Virus record (IMG/VR): IMGVR_UViG_3300021060_000024
Coordinates: 11,577-75,576 of that record
Reading direction: 5' to 3' (one strand)
DNA: 64,000 bases
From: a virus
Taxonomy: Duplodnaviria > Heunggongvirae > Uroviricota > Caudoviricetes
Under the pieces are notes generated by a model. The model searched no databases and was not told the DNA's origin. It saw only the letters and a program-made list of their open reading frames with translations. Positions 1-9,399 of this stretch are shown here, in pieces. The position numbers were made by a program, and so were the translations under genes. Every line of letters begins with the position of its first letter. Position 1 is the stretch's first letter.

Positions 1-1
1 C

Positions 2-481
2 GGCCAGCTTCGCGCGCTCGGCCAGCTCTGGCTGACCAAGGTCGCGGGCGACGGCGTGCGCACGGACTTCGGGCTGGTCTCCTGCCGCGTGGTGACCAAC
101 GCGGGCGTCAACTACATCGTGGACGCCTGGCAGAACCTGGTCGAGCTGGAGGACATGCGCTACCACGGCGTGGGCACCGGCACCACGGCTGAGGCCGCCA
201 CGCAGACCGCGCTGGTCACCGAGCTCACCACGCAGTACTCCACCTCGAACTCGCGCCCCCAGGGCACGCTCGGGGAGCAGTCCGGCGTGGCCAACGCCTT
301 CGAGTCCAGTGCCACGATCACCGTCTCCGCGGGCGTGGCCATCACCGAGCACGGCCTGTTCTCCCGCGCGGCCACCGGCGGCGGGGTGCTCATGGACCGC
401 TCGGTCTTCGCGGCCATCAACCTGGCCTCCGGCGAGAGCCTGCAGGCCACCTGGCGCCTCACCTTCCCCTCGGGCGGCTGA
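2..481 (+). CDS. phage structural protein (5' end beyond window); hypothetical
   Basis: Frame is open from the window edge; track shows 56..481. Lies directly upstream of the head-tail joining genes and shares their codon usage. No recognisable motif. Confidence 0.4.
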   Translation, partial: GQLRALGQLWLTKVAGDGVRTDFGLVSCRVVTNAGVNYIVDAWQNLVELEDMRYHGVGTGTTAEAATQTALVTELTTQYSTSNSRPQGTLGEQSGVANAFESSATITVSAGVAITEHGLFSRAATGGGVLMDRSVFAAINLASGESLQATWRLTFPSGG

Positions 482-525
482 GCCTCCCCGCTCGCCCGCC
501 TGTCGTCGTCGTGAGGAGGTAGCCC

Positions 526-1629
526 GTGGTCGCCGTCATCGCCTCGGGCAACGCCCCGAACAGCTACACCCTCACCGTCGACCGGCCCACCGGCGTGGAG
601 GCTGGCGACCTGCTGGTCGCCATGGTCTCCTCCGACGGGGACAACATCACCCTGGGCGCGCCCGGGGGCTTCGTCGACCTCGGCAACGTGACGGGCTACA
701 ACCGCACGGCGCGTGTCTGGTACAAGGTCGCCACGAATGCCGAGCCGGCCACCTACACCTTCACGTCCAGCTCGGGCAACGCCTACCGCGTGGCCATGGC
801 GCGCGTCACCGGCGCGCCCTCGTCCAACCCCATCGCGGCCCCGCTGGCCTGGAACGGTGCGAACGGCTCCACGACGTCGCTGTCGGTGCCCCAGCGCACC
901 GCGCCGACCGGCGGGGCCCTGCAGCTCGCCCTCGTCTCCTACGCGGCCGCTGGCGACATCACGCTGAACCTGCCCTCGGGGTGGAGCACGCCGCACCCGC
1001 GCACGGCCAACAACATGGCCCTGATCGCGGGGCGCGCCGTGGCCGCGGGCACTACGGCTGCCTCGACCTTCACGCTCACGAGCTCGCCGTACAACCACGT
1101 CATCGGCTCGCTGCTGATCGCCTCGGGCCAGGTCGTCTCGATCGCGCGCTCGATCACGCCCAACCGGGACCTGGTGCGCGGGCCCTTCACCAAGATCCTC
1201 GGGGGCTCGATCACCGCCGCGGGCGACAGCCTGCGCCAGCGCGTGGTGGTGCGCCTGTTCTCGCGCAGCATCGGCGGCACGGGCTCGACCGACGACAACT
1301 TCACCGACGCCTTCACCGACTCCTTCGCCACCGCGGGCGGCACGGCCAGCACGCTGTCGGCGACCCTGGCCAAGGTGCCGGTCAAGACCTTCGACCGCTC
1401 GATCGTCACCTACGGCGGCTACGCCAAGGTCACGGTCAAGGTGCTGGAGGCCTCGATCGCGATCACGGGCACCTCGCGCCGCGTGATCATCAGGGTCTTC
1501 CGCGCGACGATCGCGCCGGTGGCCACCTTCGTCAACTCCAACATCGGGCGCCTGTTCGGCACCCCCGGCATCGTCGACATCACCGTCCGCCTCGCGGGTG
1601 AGATCCGCGCGCGCGTCAGGAGGAGGTAG
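526..1629 (+). CDS. hypothetical virion structural protein (367 aa)
   Basis: GTG start preceded by GGAGG. Thr/Ser/Gly-rich beta-type composition. Sits in the head-to-tail part of the late operon. Confidence 0.45.
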   Translation: MVAVIASGNAPNSYTLTVDRPTGVEAGDLLVAMVSSDGDNITLGAPGGFVDLGNVTGYNRTARVWYKVATNAEPATYTFTSSSGNAYRVAMARVTGAPSSNPIAAPLAWNGANGSTTSLSVPQRTAPTGGALQLALVSYAAAGDITLNLPSGWSTPHPRTANNMALIAGRAVAAGTTAASTFTLTSSPYNHVIGSLLIASGQVVSIARSITPNRDLVRGPFTKILGGSITAAGDSLRQRVVVRLFSRSIGGTGSTDDNFTDAFTDSFATAGGTASTLSATLAKVPVKTFDRSIVTYGGYAKVTVKVLEASIAITGTSRRVIIRVFRATIAPVATFVNSNIGRLFGTPGIVDITVRLAGEIRARVRRR

Positions 1630-1631
1630 CC

Positions 1632-1949
1632 ATGGCCCAGGAGCTCACCGGCAGCATCGGCGGCGCCGTCGCCTACGTCGGCGCGCGCGTGCTGATCGAG
1701 GGCGACATCCGCGCCCGCGGTGTGCCGACGGACCCCACGCTGCTCATCTTCAAGATCCGCACGCCCTCGGGGCGCCACGTCCAGATCACCGTCCCCGACG
1801 ACGCGATCAACAAGCGCGACATCGGGCTGTACGAGGCCAACGTCGTGGTGGACGAGGCTGGCCTGTGGGGCTTCCGCTGGGAGGGTGCGGGCGTGGTCGA
1901 CGCGGTCGGCGAGGTCACCCTGCAGGTGATCGAGTCGTCCGTATCCTGA
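1632..1949 (+). CDS. small head-tail connector-like protein (105 aa)
   Basis: AGGAGG 7 nt upstream of ATG. Size and position fit a gp6-like connector. No motif support. Confidence 0.4.
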   Translation: MAQELTGSIGGAVAYVGARVLIEGDIRARGVPTDPTLLIFKIRTPSGRHVQITVPDDAINKRDIGLYEANVVVDEAGLWGFRWEGAGVVDAVGEVTLQVIESSVS

Positions 1950-1981
1950 GCCTGCCCGATCCGCACCACGAGAGGACCATC

Positions 1982-2200
1982 ATGGCTGCCAGCAAGTACA
2001 AGGACTCCGACCCGCTGACCGACAAGGAGGTCTACGGCAAGGTCGTGGAGCGCTCCTACCGCGAGGCCGTCACCCCCGAGCAGTACAAGCTGCTCAAGGC
2101 CCTGGGCCAGGAGCCCAGCGACGAGCAGACCGCTCAGGAGGCCGCCGACGCCCCCGTCGCTGACGCCACCGGCGGGGACACCTCGGGCCCGAAGGCCTGA
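1982..2200 (+). CDS. hypothetical small acidic protein (72 aa)
   Basis: RBS gagagga precedes ATG at 1982. Part of track ORF 1598..2200. Confidence 0.35.
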   Translation: MAASKYKDSDPLTDKEVYGKVVERSYREAVTPEQYKLLKALGQEPSDEQTAQEAADAPVADATGGDTSGPKA

Positions 2201-2203
2201 CCC

Positions 2204-2584
2204 GTGGGCGTGACGAGCATCGTCGCGGCGGGGCGCCGACTGGTCGCCACGACGCTGCTCGATCGCGCCGTGCGCCAGGAGCAGGTCACCACCCGCGACG
2301 GCATCGGTGGCTCCTGGTCGGGCTGGCAGGATGTCGGCCCCAAGGTCCCCGTGCGCTTCGGCGCCCTGTCGGAGGCCGACTCGGCCGGACGCTCTGTGCG
2401 CCCGGCCGCGGGTCAGCTCGACGGGGCGCCGGGCGGGATCATGCTGGCCCCCCTGGACAGCAAGTTCGCCGAGAACGACCGGGTGCGCGACGTGCGCACC
2501 GGGCGGATCTGGGTGATCCTCGGCGAACTCACCGCGCCGTCGACCCTGGCCGTGGTGCGCCGGCTCTACATCCGGGAGGCCTGA
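2204..2584 (+). CDS. head-tail adaptor / head closure protein
   Basis: 126 aa. Lies immediately before an HK97 gp10-like gene and a tail terminator-like gene, the typical siphovirus neck module order. Confidence 0.45.
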   Translation: MGVTSIVAAGRRLVATTLLDRAVRQEQVTTRDGIGGSWSGWQDVGPKVPVRFGALSEADSAGRSVRPAAGQLDGAPGGIMLAPLDSKFAENDRVRDVRTGRIWVILGELTAPSTLAVVRRLYIREA

Positions 2585-2958
2585 TGGGCAAGGTGCGCGT
2601 GCGCAACAACCGCCTGCCCGGCATCGCCCGGCGCCTGGAGCCGGAGATGGACCGCGAGGTCGACCGCGCCGGGGACGACCTGGCCAACGACGTCGAGGCT
2701 GCGGTGCGCTTCAACACCGGCGAGACGGCCGCCTCGACCAAGAACTACGAGCCGGGTGAGCTGCACGCCACGGTCGGCGTCGGCATCCGCGGCGGGCCCG
2801 CCTTCTACATCCGTTTCTGGGAGTTCGGCTGGCACAACCCCAACCGCTACGGCATCGGCCCCCAGGCCGGTGACCACACCGTGCAGCGCACCGGGCTGGC
2901 CTTCATGCCCGCCTTCCAGTCCCACATCGCCGACGCAGTCAGGAGGGCAGTCCGATGA
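2584..2958 (+). CDS. HK97 gp10-family neck/tail component
   Basis: 124 aa starting MGKVRVRNNRLPGIARRLE. Start overlaps the upstream stop (ATGA). Size and sequence style match HK97 gp10-like proteins. Confidence 0.5.
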   Translation: MGKVRVRNNRLPGIARRLEPEMDREVDRAGDDLANDVEAAVRFNTGETAASTKNYEPGELHATVGVGIRGGPAFYIRFWEFGWHNPNRYGIGPQAGDHTVQRTGLAFMPAFQSHIADAVRRAVR

Positions 2959-3386
2959 GCCACGGTCACGAGCCGCTGGAGGTCATCGAGCCGTACCTGT
3001 ACTCCACGCTCGCGGGCGACCCCTACCTGGCCTCCAGGGTCAACGACCGGATCATCAACACCCTGGCCGCGGCCGGAGTGGACGACCCCTACATCGTCTT
3101 CGCCCAGGCCCAGATCCGTGACCGCCGCATGGTCAGCGGCGTGCGCCTGTGGGTGGACGCGGTCTACGACGTCAAGGCTGTGATGCAGACGGCGAGCTGG
3201 AAGCCCATGCAGCCGCTCGCGGCTCGCTTCGACGAGCTGTTCGACCGCCAGGGCGAGGTCGTGCAGACCGCTGGCGGCAACCTGGAGATCTGGCGCGAGC
3301 GGCTGATCAGCTACCCCGAGATGGTGCAGGGCGTGCAGTTCCGCCACCTCGGCGCGCAGTACCACGTCCGGGCCTACATCCCCTGA
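2955..3386 (+). CDS. tail terminator / tail completion protein
   Basis: 143 aa. Last gene of the neck module and coupled to the upstream gene. Confidence 0.45.
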   Translation: MSHGHEPLEVIEPYLYSTLAGDPYLASRVNDRIINTLAAAGVDDPYIVFAQAQIRDRRMVSGVRLWVDAVYDVKAVMQTASWKPMQPLAARFDELFDRQGEVVQTAGGNLEIWRERLISYPEMVQGVQFRHLGAQYHVRAYIP

Positions 3387-3398
3387 CGGTCGCTCGGG

Positions 3399-3563
3399 TC
3401 AGATGCGGAACGCCCGGCGGCGTCGGATGCCGCCGAACCACCAGACGTTGCAGTCCCGGCAGCTGTAGGTCCGCCACCAGCGCGTCTCTGAGGTGACGAC
3501 CGCGTGGCAGGACGGACAGCGGTGCGGCTTGTTGCCGTTCCGGCGGACGAGGCGATCCGTCAT
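3399..3563 (-). CDS. zinc-ribbon peptide (54 aa, CxxC...CxxC)
   Basis: Hand-translated: MTDRLVRRNGNKPHRCPSCHAVVTSETRWWRTYSCRDCNVWWFGGIRRRRAFRI. Lies downstream of, and co-oriented with, the HTH gene. Confidence 0.3.
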   Translation of the reverse strand: MTDRLVRRNGNKPHRCPSCHAVVTSETRWWRTYSCRDCNVWWFGGIRRRRAFRI

Positions 3564-3682
3564 GGCCTGCTGCTACTCCGTCTTCTCGTCGAGCTCGTTC
3601 AGTACGAAGTCCTCCGCGGCGCGGCGCGTGCTGCGGTCGCTGGAGTGCGCGTAGGCGTCGACCATGGCCCAGTTGACCTCGC

Positions 3683-4069
3683 TCACGGCTGCACTCGCGG
3701 CCGCACGAGGATGGCCTCGCACAGCACGCAGATGTCCCGGCGGCACTGCGGCTTCGCGCAGGAGCAGCGCTCCCAGACGTGGTCGCACCCCGGGCTCGGG
3801 GCCAGGTCGTAGATGTCGATGTCGAGGTGGTGGGCCAGCAGGATGGCCTCCTCGAAACGCAGGCGCCGCGTGCCGAGCTCGATGGCGCCGTACTGGTCGG
3901 CGGCGAGGTCGCACAGCGCGGCCATCTCCACCCGCGTCATGCCCAGGCCGGTGCGCAGCGTGCGCAGACGCTCGGCCACGCCGCCGTCGAACTGGCTCCA
4001 GCTCTGGAGCTTCTGGCGGTTCGGGTTCGGCGCTCCTCCGGGCATGTAGAGATGATGACGAGTGGACAA
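3683..4069 (-). CDS. XRE-family HTH regulator with Cys-rich C-terminus (repressor-like); likely leaderless start at ATG 4045
   Basis: HTH_XRE signature VAERLRTLRTGLGMTRVEMAALCDLAADQYGAIELGTRRL. C-terminus CDHVWERCSCAKPQCRRDICVLC. TTGACT -35 (4080-4075), 17-bp spacer, CATCAT -10, then the ATG immediately at 4045. Confidence 0.65.
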   Translation of the reverse strand: MSTRHHLYMPGGAPNPNRQKLQSWSQFDGGVAERLRTLRTGLGMTRVEMAALCDLAADQYGAIELGTRRLRFEEAILLAHHLDIDIYDLAPSPGCDHVWERCSCAKPQCRRDICVLCEAILVRPRVQP

Positions 4070-4092
4070 GTCTTAGTCAACCCGGACATGAC

Positions 4093-4127
4093 GAGAGCCC
4101 CGGACCCTGAGGGTCTCCGGGGCTCTC
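4093..4127. terminator. GC-rich hairpin between the NlpC/P60 and HTH genes
   Basis: Perfect 12-bp inverted repeat GAGAGCCCCGGA ... TCCGGGGCTCTC with an 11-nt loop. Confidence 0.4.
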
Positions 4128-4163
4128 GCCAATCAGCCACCCACCACGGAGGCTGTCTGGATG

Positions 4164-4931
4164 CTACAGGACGCGACGGAACACGACCTCATCAGTCCAG
4201 AGCTTGCGCTCGCTGACCTCGCTGCCCGTGCGCGGCGCGTCGATGATCTTGCCGTTGCCGACGTAGATCGCGGCGTGGGCGTAGTCGTCGAAGAGCACCA
4301 GGTCGCCGGGGCGCGCCTCGGCGGCCGGGACCCGCGTGCCGAACGTGCGGAGCTGACCGGTGGTGCGCGGGGTGGCCACGCCCGCCGCCTTGCCGTAGAC
4401 GTACTGGATCAGGCCCGAGCAGTCGAAGCCGCGGCTCGGCGTCTCCTCGCCGTAGGCGTAGTCGATGCCGATCTGCTGGCGCGCCAGGGCGAGCACACCC
4501 TCAGCGCGCGAGGCCGCCGGGGCCGCCTGCTCGCGCTGGACGATGTCGCTGGCCTCCTCGGCCGGGGTTGCCACGGGCTGCGCGCGGCCGGGGATCACCA
4601 GGGTCTGGCCCGGGAAGATCAGCGTGCGTGCGCCCAGGCCGTTGGCCGCCAGCATGGCCGAGGTCGAGACCCCGGCGCGCCGCGCGAGCACGCTCACGGT
4701 GTCGCCCGAGCGCACGGTGACGGTGTCGCCGGTCAGGGCCGGCGAACTGGCCGGGCGCGGCGCGGCGCCCGCGGGCGCCTGGGCCATGGCCGGGGTGGCG
4801 AGCATGACCGGCACCACGGCGAGGGCGCCGGTGACGGCCGCGGCGCGGGCGATGTCGGTCTTGTGCAGGGCCAGGGTGTCGAGGACGGGCGTGGCGTCGG
4901 CCACGCGGTGACGGGCTGCGTTCCTGGTCAT
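4164..4931 (-). CDS. secreted LysM + NlpC/P60 peptidoglycan endopeptidase
   Basis: Signal peptide (AAAVTGALAVVPVMLATPAMAQA). LysM (TVTVRSGDTVSVLARRAGVSTSAMLAANGL). NlpC/P60 catalytic Cys (FDCSGLIQYVYG) plus downstream His. Start at the 29th codon of the track ORF, with AGGA upstream. Confidence 0.7.
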   Translation of the reverse strand: MTRNAARHRVADATPVLDTLALHKTDIARAAAVTGALAVVPVMLATPAMAQAPAGAAPRPASSPALTGDTVTVRSGDTVSVLARRAGVSTSAMLAANGLGARTLIFPGQTLVIPGRAQPVATPAEEASDIVQREQAAPAASRAEGVLALARQQIGIDYAYGEETPSRGFDCSGLIQYVYGKAAGVATPRTTGQLRTFGTRVPAAEARPGDLVLFDDYAHAAIYVGNGKIIDAPRTGSEVSERKLWTDEVVFRRVL

Positions 4932-5048
4932 GGTGGCGTCCTGGGTCGCGGGTGGCGTCCGGGGTGCCGGACCAGTCCATGGTGCGGTGTGGTGCGCGCA
5001 TCGGTGGTAGATCACCGGTCGTGCCCACCAGGATCACCCGCGTGGAGC

Positions 5049-5615
5049 ATGCTGTCCACCATGGCCTTCTCTGCGTCGACCGCGGCGCCCGACGACGTCC
5101 AGACGGCGCAGGGCTCCGGACACCTGCTGCACCACCAGCGGCTGCGTGCCGCAGTGCTGGAGCTGCGCAACGCGGGGCTCGCCCTGGAGGGCGACGTGCC
5201 CGAGCTCGCGCGCGATGCCGTCGCCGCGGCCATCCGGGCCACCGGTGGTGCCACGACCTCCAGCGACGACGCCGGTGACACGATCACGATCGACACCTCC
5301 GCGCTGGCCCGTCGCGGCCTGACGCAGAAGCCGATCACGGCCAACTACACCGTCATCGCAGCCGACCTGATCGACACCGTGCTGCACGTCACCGCCAACT
5401 CGGCCATCACGATCACCCTGCCGACGGGGCTGACCACGGAGATCGCGATCCCGTGGCGCCAGTTCGGCCAGGGTCAGGTGACCTTCGTGGCCGCCAGCGG
5501 TGGCTCGCTGCTGGCGCGCGGCGGGGCGAACAAGGCAGCCGGGCAGTACAGCGGGGGTGTGGTCACGGCGATCAACTCCACCGCCTGGCTGCTGGAGGGG
5601 GACATCACCTCGTGA
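5049..5615 (+). CDS. hypothetical protein (188 aa), translationally coupled to the GH6 gene
   Basis: Only the 3' end of track ORF 4161..5615 looks real (MLSTMAFSAS...GDITS). Its stop overlaps the next GTG (GTGA). Confidence 0.4.
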   Translation: MLSTMAFSASTAAPDDVQTAQGSGHLLHHQRLRAAVLELRNAGLALEGDVPELARDAVAAAIRATGGATTSSDDAGDTITIDTSALARRGLTQKPITANYTVIAADLIDTVLHVTANSAITITLPTGLTTEIAIPWRQFGQGQVTFVAASGGSLLARGGANKAAGQYSGGVVTAINSTAWLLEGDITS

Positions 5616-7822
5616 CTGCTCGCGTCTCGCGCCGCGGCGCCATCGGCGCGCTGCGCCGCCTGCTCACCGGCGTGGCCCCCGGCGCTCCGGGCTACCGCAC
5701 GAACTACGTGCCCAACCCCTCCTTCGAGGTCAGCGACGTGCCGGGCTCCCCGGACGGCCAGCGCTACGGCGGGGGCACGTTCTCGCGCGACACCACGGTC
5801 AAGCAGGTCGGCGCCGCCTCCCTCAAGCTCACCGCGACCAGCACCGTGGACTCCGGCCAGTGGGAGTCGATGGCGCTGGGCGCAGGCACCTACACGGCCT
5901 CGGTCTGGATCAAGACCGACAACGTCACGAACGCCTGCATGGTCCTGCGCGACCCGGGCTTCAACGACATCGGCAGCCAGACGCACCTCAGCGGCACCAA
6001 GGACTGGACGCGCTACTCCAACACCTTCACGCTGAGCGCGCCCACCACGGTGCAGATGCTCGTGGGCCTGGGCTCCTACGGCTCGACCAGCGCGGGCACG
6101 GTCTGGTTCGACGGCATGATGATCGAGGCTGGCTCCAACGTCGGCCCCTACTTCGACGGCGGCTACTCCGCGGCGGGCTCGACCGTGGCGTGGAGCGGCG
6201 GCTCCAACGCCTCCCCCTCCACCGAGAAGCGCCAGCCGGCCACGATCGCCACGCAGGCCGCGCTCAGTGCGAGCTCCACCCTCGGGGTCTCCCTGGCGAG
6301 CAGTGGCTCCGGTGCGAGCAACCCGCCGAGCATGTCCAACCTCTACAAGGCCTCGCAGCAGGTGGACAACTACGTCTCGGCCAACCCGAGCCTGTCGGTG
6401 ATCGCCGACCAGCCCCAGGCGCGGTGGATCAACACCCAGGGCGACGCAGACAACATGGGCGGCCTGGTCAGCGCTGCGGGCACCAAGACGCTGCTGATCT
6501 GCATCTACGCCATCCCCGGGCGCGACAACGGCCAGTACAGCGCTGGCGGCTTCCCTGACCGCGCCTCCTACCTGAACTTCCTGCAGACGGTCAAGACCAA
6601 GATCGGCACCAAGTCGGCCTTCATCTTCTTCGAGCCCGACGCGCTGGGCCTGACCAACGGCCTGAGCGCCTCGCTCAAGGCCGAGCGCATCGAGACGCTG
6701 CGCCAGGGCATCGACATCCTGGCCACGATCCCCAACGCCGAGACCTACATCGACGCCTCCAAGTGGATCTCGCCGTCGGACCAGGCCGGGCTGCAGGCCG
6801 CGGTCGACATCGCCAAGGTCTCGGGCATCGTCATGAACGTCTCGGGCTACGACTCCATGGACTCCTGCTACTCCTACGGCGAGGCGGTCCTGTCCGAGCT
6901 GGCCAACCGCGGCATCACCGGCAAGAAGTACATGATCGACTCCGGGCGCAACGGGGTCGGCCCGCTGACCGACGCCGATCGCCCGCTGGCCAACCCCTGG
7001 CTGGACACCTCCCAGGCCTGGTGCAACCCGCCCAAGCGCCGCCTGGGCCCGGTGCCTCAGGTGCCCTCGGGGCGGCCCAACTGCCGTGGCCTGGTGTGGG
7101 TCAAGAACCCCGGCGAGTCCGACGGCACGTTCCCCTCGACGTCGAACTCGACCTACTACGGCGAGAACGCCCCCAGTGCGGGCGCCTTCTGGCTCGTGCA
7201 GGCCAAGATGCTCGCGGGCACCGAGCCCAGTGGCGGCAGCGGCACCCCGGCCAACACCGGCTTCTCCGCTGTGGTGACGACCTTCGACGGCAACTACGGC
7301 GGCCTGAGCGACCGCTCGGCCGGGGTCAGCCTGGTGGGCGGGCGCGCGCGCCTGACCGCGGACACCTCCTACGCCAACATCTCCACGCCGGGCTCGTACA
7401 CGCTCAAGGAGTCCTCGGTCTACGCCCGGCTGTTCCCGCCGTCGGCCAGCGGGGCGACCCAGGCGGCCACGGTGCAGTTCCTGATCCGCTCCACCGCGGC
7501 CGCGGACGGCACCCGCCTGAACGCCGAGGTCAACACCTTCACCGGCAAGCTCACGATCGCCAGCGACTCGGGCTACTACGACGCCAACGCCGTCCAGCTC
7601 ACCTACGACGCCACGGCGCATGCCTTCCTGCGCTGGCGCGAGGCGGGCGGGACGGTCTACCTGGAGACGAGCTCGGACGGCAACAACTGGACCACGCGTC
7701 GCTCGCTGGCCACGCCCTCGTGGCTGACGGCGACCAACAACCAGCTCATGCAGTTCGTGGCCTACAAGGACGCCGGGGCCGCGGCCTACGCCGAGGTCGA
7801 CAACGTCAACACCACCTCCTGA
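5612..7822 (+). CDS. three-domain glycosidase: CBM4/9-like + GH6-like catalytic + ConA/LamG-like domain
   Basis: GH6 motifs LLICIYAIPGRDNG, IFFEPDALGL and LVWVKNPGESDG. N-terminal jelly-roll region (NPSFEVSD...WFDGMMIEAG). GTG start in a GTGA overlap with the upstream stop. Confidence 0.6.
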   Translation: MTARVSRRGAIGALRRLLTGVAPGAPGYRTNYVPNPSFEVSDVPGSPDGQRYGGGTFSRDTTVKQVGAASLKLTATSTVDSGQWESMALGAGTYTASVWIKTDNVTNACMVLRDPGFNDIGSQTHLSGTKDWTRYSNTFTLSAPTTVQMLVGLGSYGSTSAGTVWFDGMMIEAGSNVGPYFDGGYSAAGSTVAWSGGSNASPSTEKRQPATIATQAALSASSTLGVSLASSGSGASNPPSMSNLYKASQQVDNYVSANPSLSVIADQPQARWINTQGDADNMGGLVSAAGTKTLLICIYAIPGRDNGQYSAGGFPDRASYLNFLQTVKTKIGTKSAFIFFEPDALGLTNGLSASLKAERIETLRQGIDILATIPNAETYIDASKWISPSDQAGLQAAVDIAKVSGIVMNVSGYDSMDSCYSYGEAVLSELANRGITGKKYMIDSGRNGVGPLTDADRPLANPWLDTSQAWCNPPKRRLGPVPQVPSGRPNCRGLVWVKNPGESDGTFPSTSNSTYYGENAPSAGAFWLVQAKMLAGTEPSGGSGTPANTGFSAVVTTFDGNYGGLSDRSAGVSLVGGRARLTADTSYANISTPGSYTLKESSVYARLFPPSASGATQAATVQFLIRSTAAADGTRLNAEVNTFTGKLTIASDSGYYDANAVQLTYDATAHAFLRWREAGGTVYLETSSDGNNWTTRRSLATPSWLTATNNQLMQFVAYKDAGAAAYAEVDNVNTTS

Positions 7823-7900
7823 GTCATCCCACCCTCGCTGGGACTGATCGTTCACCACACTGGCGTCTGACCGAGAACCGCACCCGAGAGGAGCCCGGCC

Positions 7901-8905
7901 GTGCCCGAGCGCAGTACTACCTCGCAGACCGTCGCCATCGGCACCGAGGCGACCCCGGGCACCGCTGTCGCCGCGACGCGCCGCCTGGGTTCCATCGGCT
8001 TCCAGATGGGCGTCCAGACCGAGACGCAGAACCGCCGTCCCACCGGCCAGAAGTACGACTCCCTGGTCACCCTGGGTCAGGAGTGGACCGAGGCCGACAT
8101 CGAGGGTGCGCCGGTCTACCCGGAGCTGCCCTACATCTTCTCCTCGCTGATCAACGCCGCCACGGTCACGCAGATCATGGACGCGACCACGGCCACCGGC
8201 GCTTTCCGCTGGGTGTTCGAGTCCAACTCCTTCGGCGAGGACGCGCCCAAGACGTTCACCATCGAGCAGGGCTCCTCCTTCCGCGCCCACCGCGTGAGCA
8301 ACGGCATCATCACGGACTTCACCCTGGAGTTCGACCGCGAGGAGCTCTCCATCGAGGGCACCATGCTCGCCAAGGCCATCGAGGACGGCATCACGCTGAC
8401 CCCGGGCGCCACCATGCGCGACCAGGTGCCGGTGCTGCCCAAGGACGTGAGCGTCTTCCTGGACGCCACGGCCGCGGAGCTGGGCACCACCAAGCTCAAC
8501 CGCGCGCTGAGCGGCTCGATCGACATCGAGTCCCGCTACGCGCCGCTGTGGGTGGTGGACGCCTCTCAGCCCTCCTTCGTGACCACGCTGGAGAGCAACG
8601 AGGCCGAGCTCTCCTTCTCCATCCTGCAGATGGCCGACGCCCAGGCCATGGCCAACCTGACCGCCATGCGCGGTGGCCAGACGCGCTTCCTGCGCTTCCA
8701 GGCCCAGGGCCCGACGATCTACTCCGGCACCACGCCGATCCGCCACTCGTTCGTCATCGAGATGGCTGGCCAGGTGCAGGAGGTCGAGCAGTTCGACGAC
8801 GAGGACGGCGTCTACGCCATCGGCTGGACCTTCGGCGTGGTCCACGACCCGACGTGGAACAAGGCCTACCGCGTGGAGGTCGTCACCAACCACGGTCAGC
8901 TCTGA
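7901..8905 (+). CDS. major tail protein
   Basis: 334 aa. GAGAGGAG RBS then GTG. Followed by a strong hairpin, then the chaperone and tape measure genes. Confidence 0.5.
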   Translation: MPERSTTSQTVAIGTEATPGTAVAATRRLGSIGFQMGVQTETQNRRPTGQKYDSLVTLGQEWTEADIEGAPVYPELPYIFSSLINAATVTQIMDATTATGAFRWVFESNSFGEDAPKTFTIEQGSSFRAHRVSNGIITDFTLEFDREELSIEGTMLAKAIEDGITLTPGATMRDQVPVLPKDVSVFLDATAAELGTTKLNRALSGSIDIESRYAPLWVVDASQPSFVTTLESNEAELSFSILQMADAQAMANLTAMRGGQTRFLRFQAQGPTIYSGTTPIRHSFVIEMAGQVQEVEQFDDEDGVYAIGWTFGVVHDPTWNKAYRVEVVTNHGQL

Positions 8906-8914
8906 CCTGACCCG

Positions 8915-8951
8915 CAGCGCCCCAGCCGACTACTCCGCGGCTGGGGCGCTG
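8915..8951 (+). terminator. hairpin terminator after the major tail gene
   Basis: Perfect 14-bp stem CAGCGCCCCAGCCG / CGGCTGGGGCGCTG. Confidence 0.4.
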
Positions 8952-9042
8952 CTCTGTCTCGTAGCACAGCGTCACGGGCCGTGGCACACCGTGAGGCTAC
9001 GGTGTGGGCACCACGTCGGATCTCACCAAGGAGCCCCCACCC

Positions 9043-9399
9043 GTGAAGCTCTCCCAGGCCATCGCCAAGGCCCGCGACATCACCGTCCCCTTCGAGGGTG
9101 ACGACCTGCACGTCACCTACCGGCCGGCCTCGTTCACCATCCGCGAGCTCGACGCGCTGACCGAGGCGCAGAAGAAGGGCGACGGCAAGCCGACCCGTCA
9201 GCTCCTGGAGACCGTCAAGCGGGTCATCCTGGAGTGGGACCTCACCGATGAGGACGAGAAGGTCATCGCGCTCGACGCGAAGCTGGACGACGAGAAGGAC
9301 CCGCTGCGCGACGTCCCGTCGGTCGTGTTCACCGAGATCATGAAGAAGATCAACGAGGACCAGCAGCCGGGGGGGGACAAGACCTCCAGCGCGCGCTAG
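9043..9399 (+). CDS. tail assembly chaperone (G-like)
   Basis: AAGGAG then GTG at 9043. Acidic ~118-aa protein directly upstream of the tape measure gene. 3' end carries an 8-G run. Confidence 0.55.
   Translation: MKLSQAIAKARDITVPFEGDDLHVTYRPASFTIRELDALTEAQKKGDGKPTRQLLETVKRVILEWDLTDEDEKVIALDAKLDDEKDPLRDVPSVVFTEIMKKINEDQQPGGDKTSSAR

Noticed and set aside
4161-5615. 484-aa plus-strand ORF overlapping the minus-strand NlpC/P60 gene
   Set aside because: Only the 3' ~190 codons (from about 5049) look protein-like. The 5' part is the antisense shadow of the LysM-NlpC/P60 gene.
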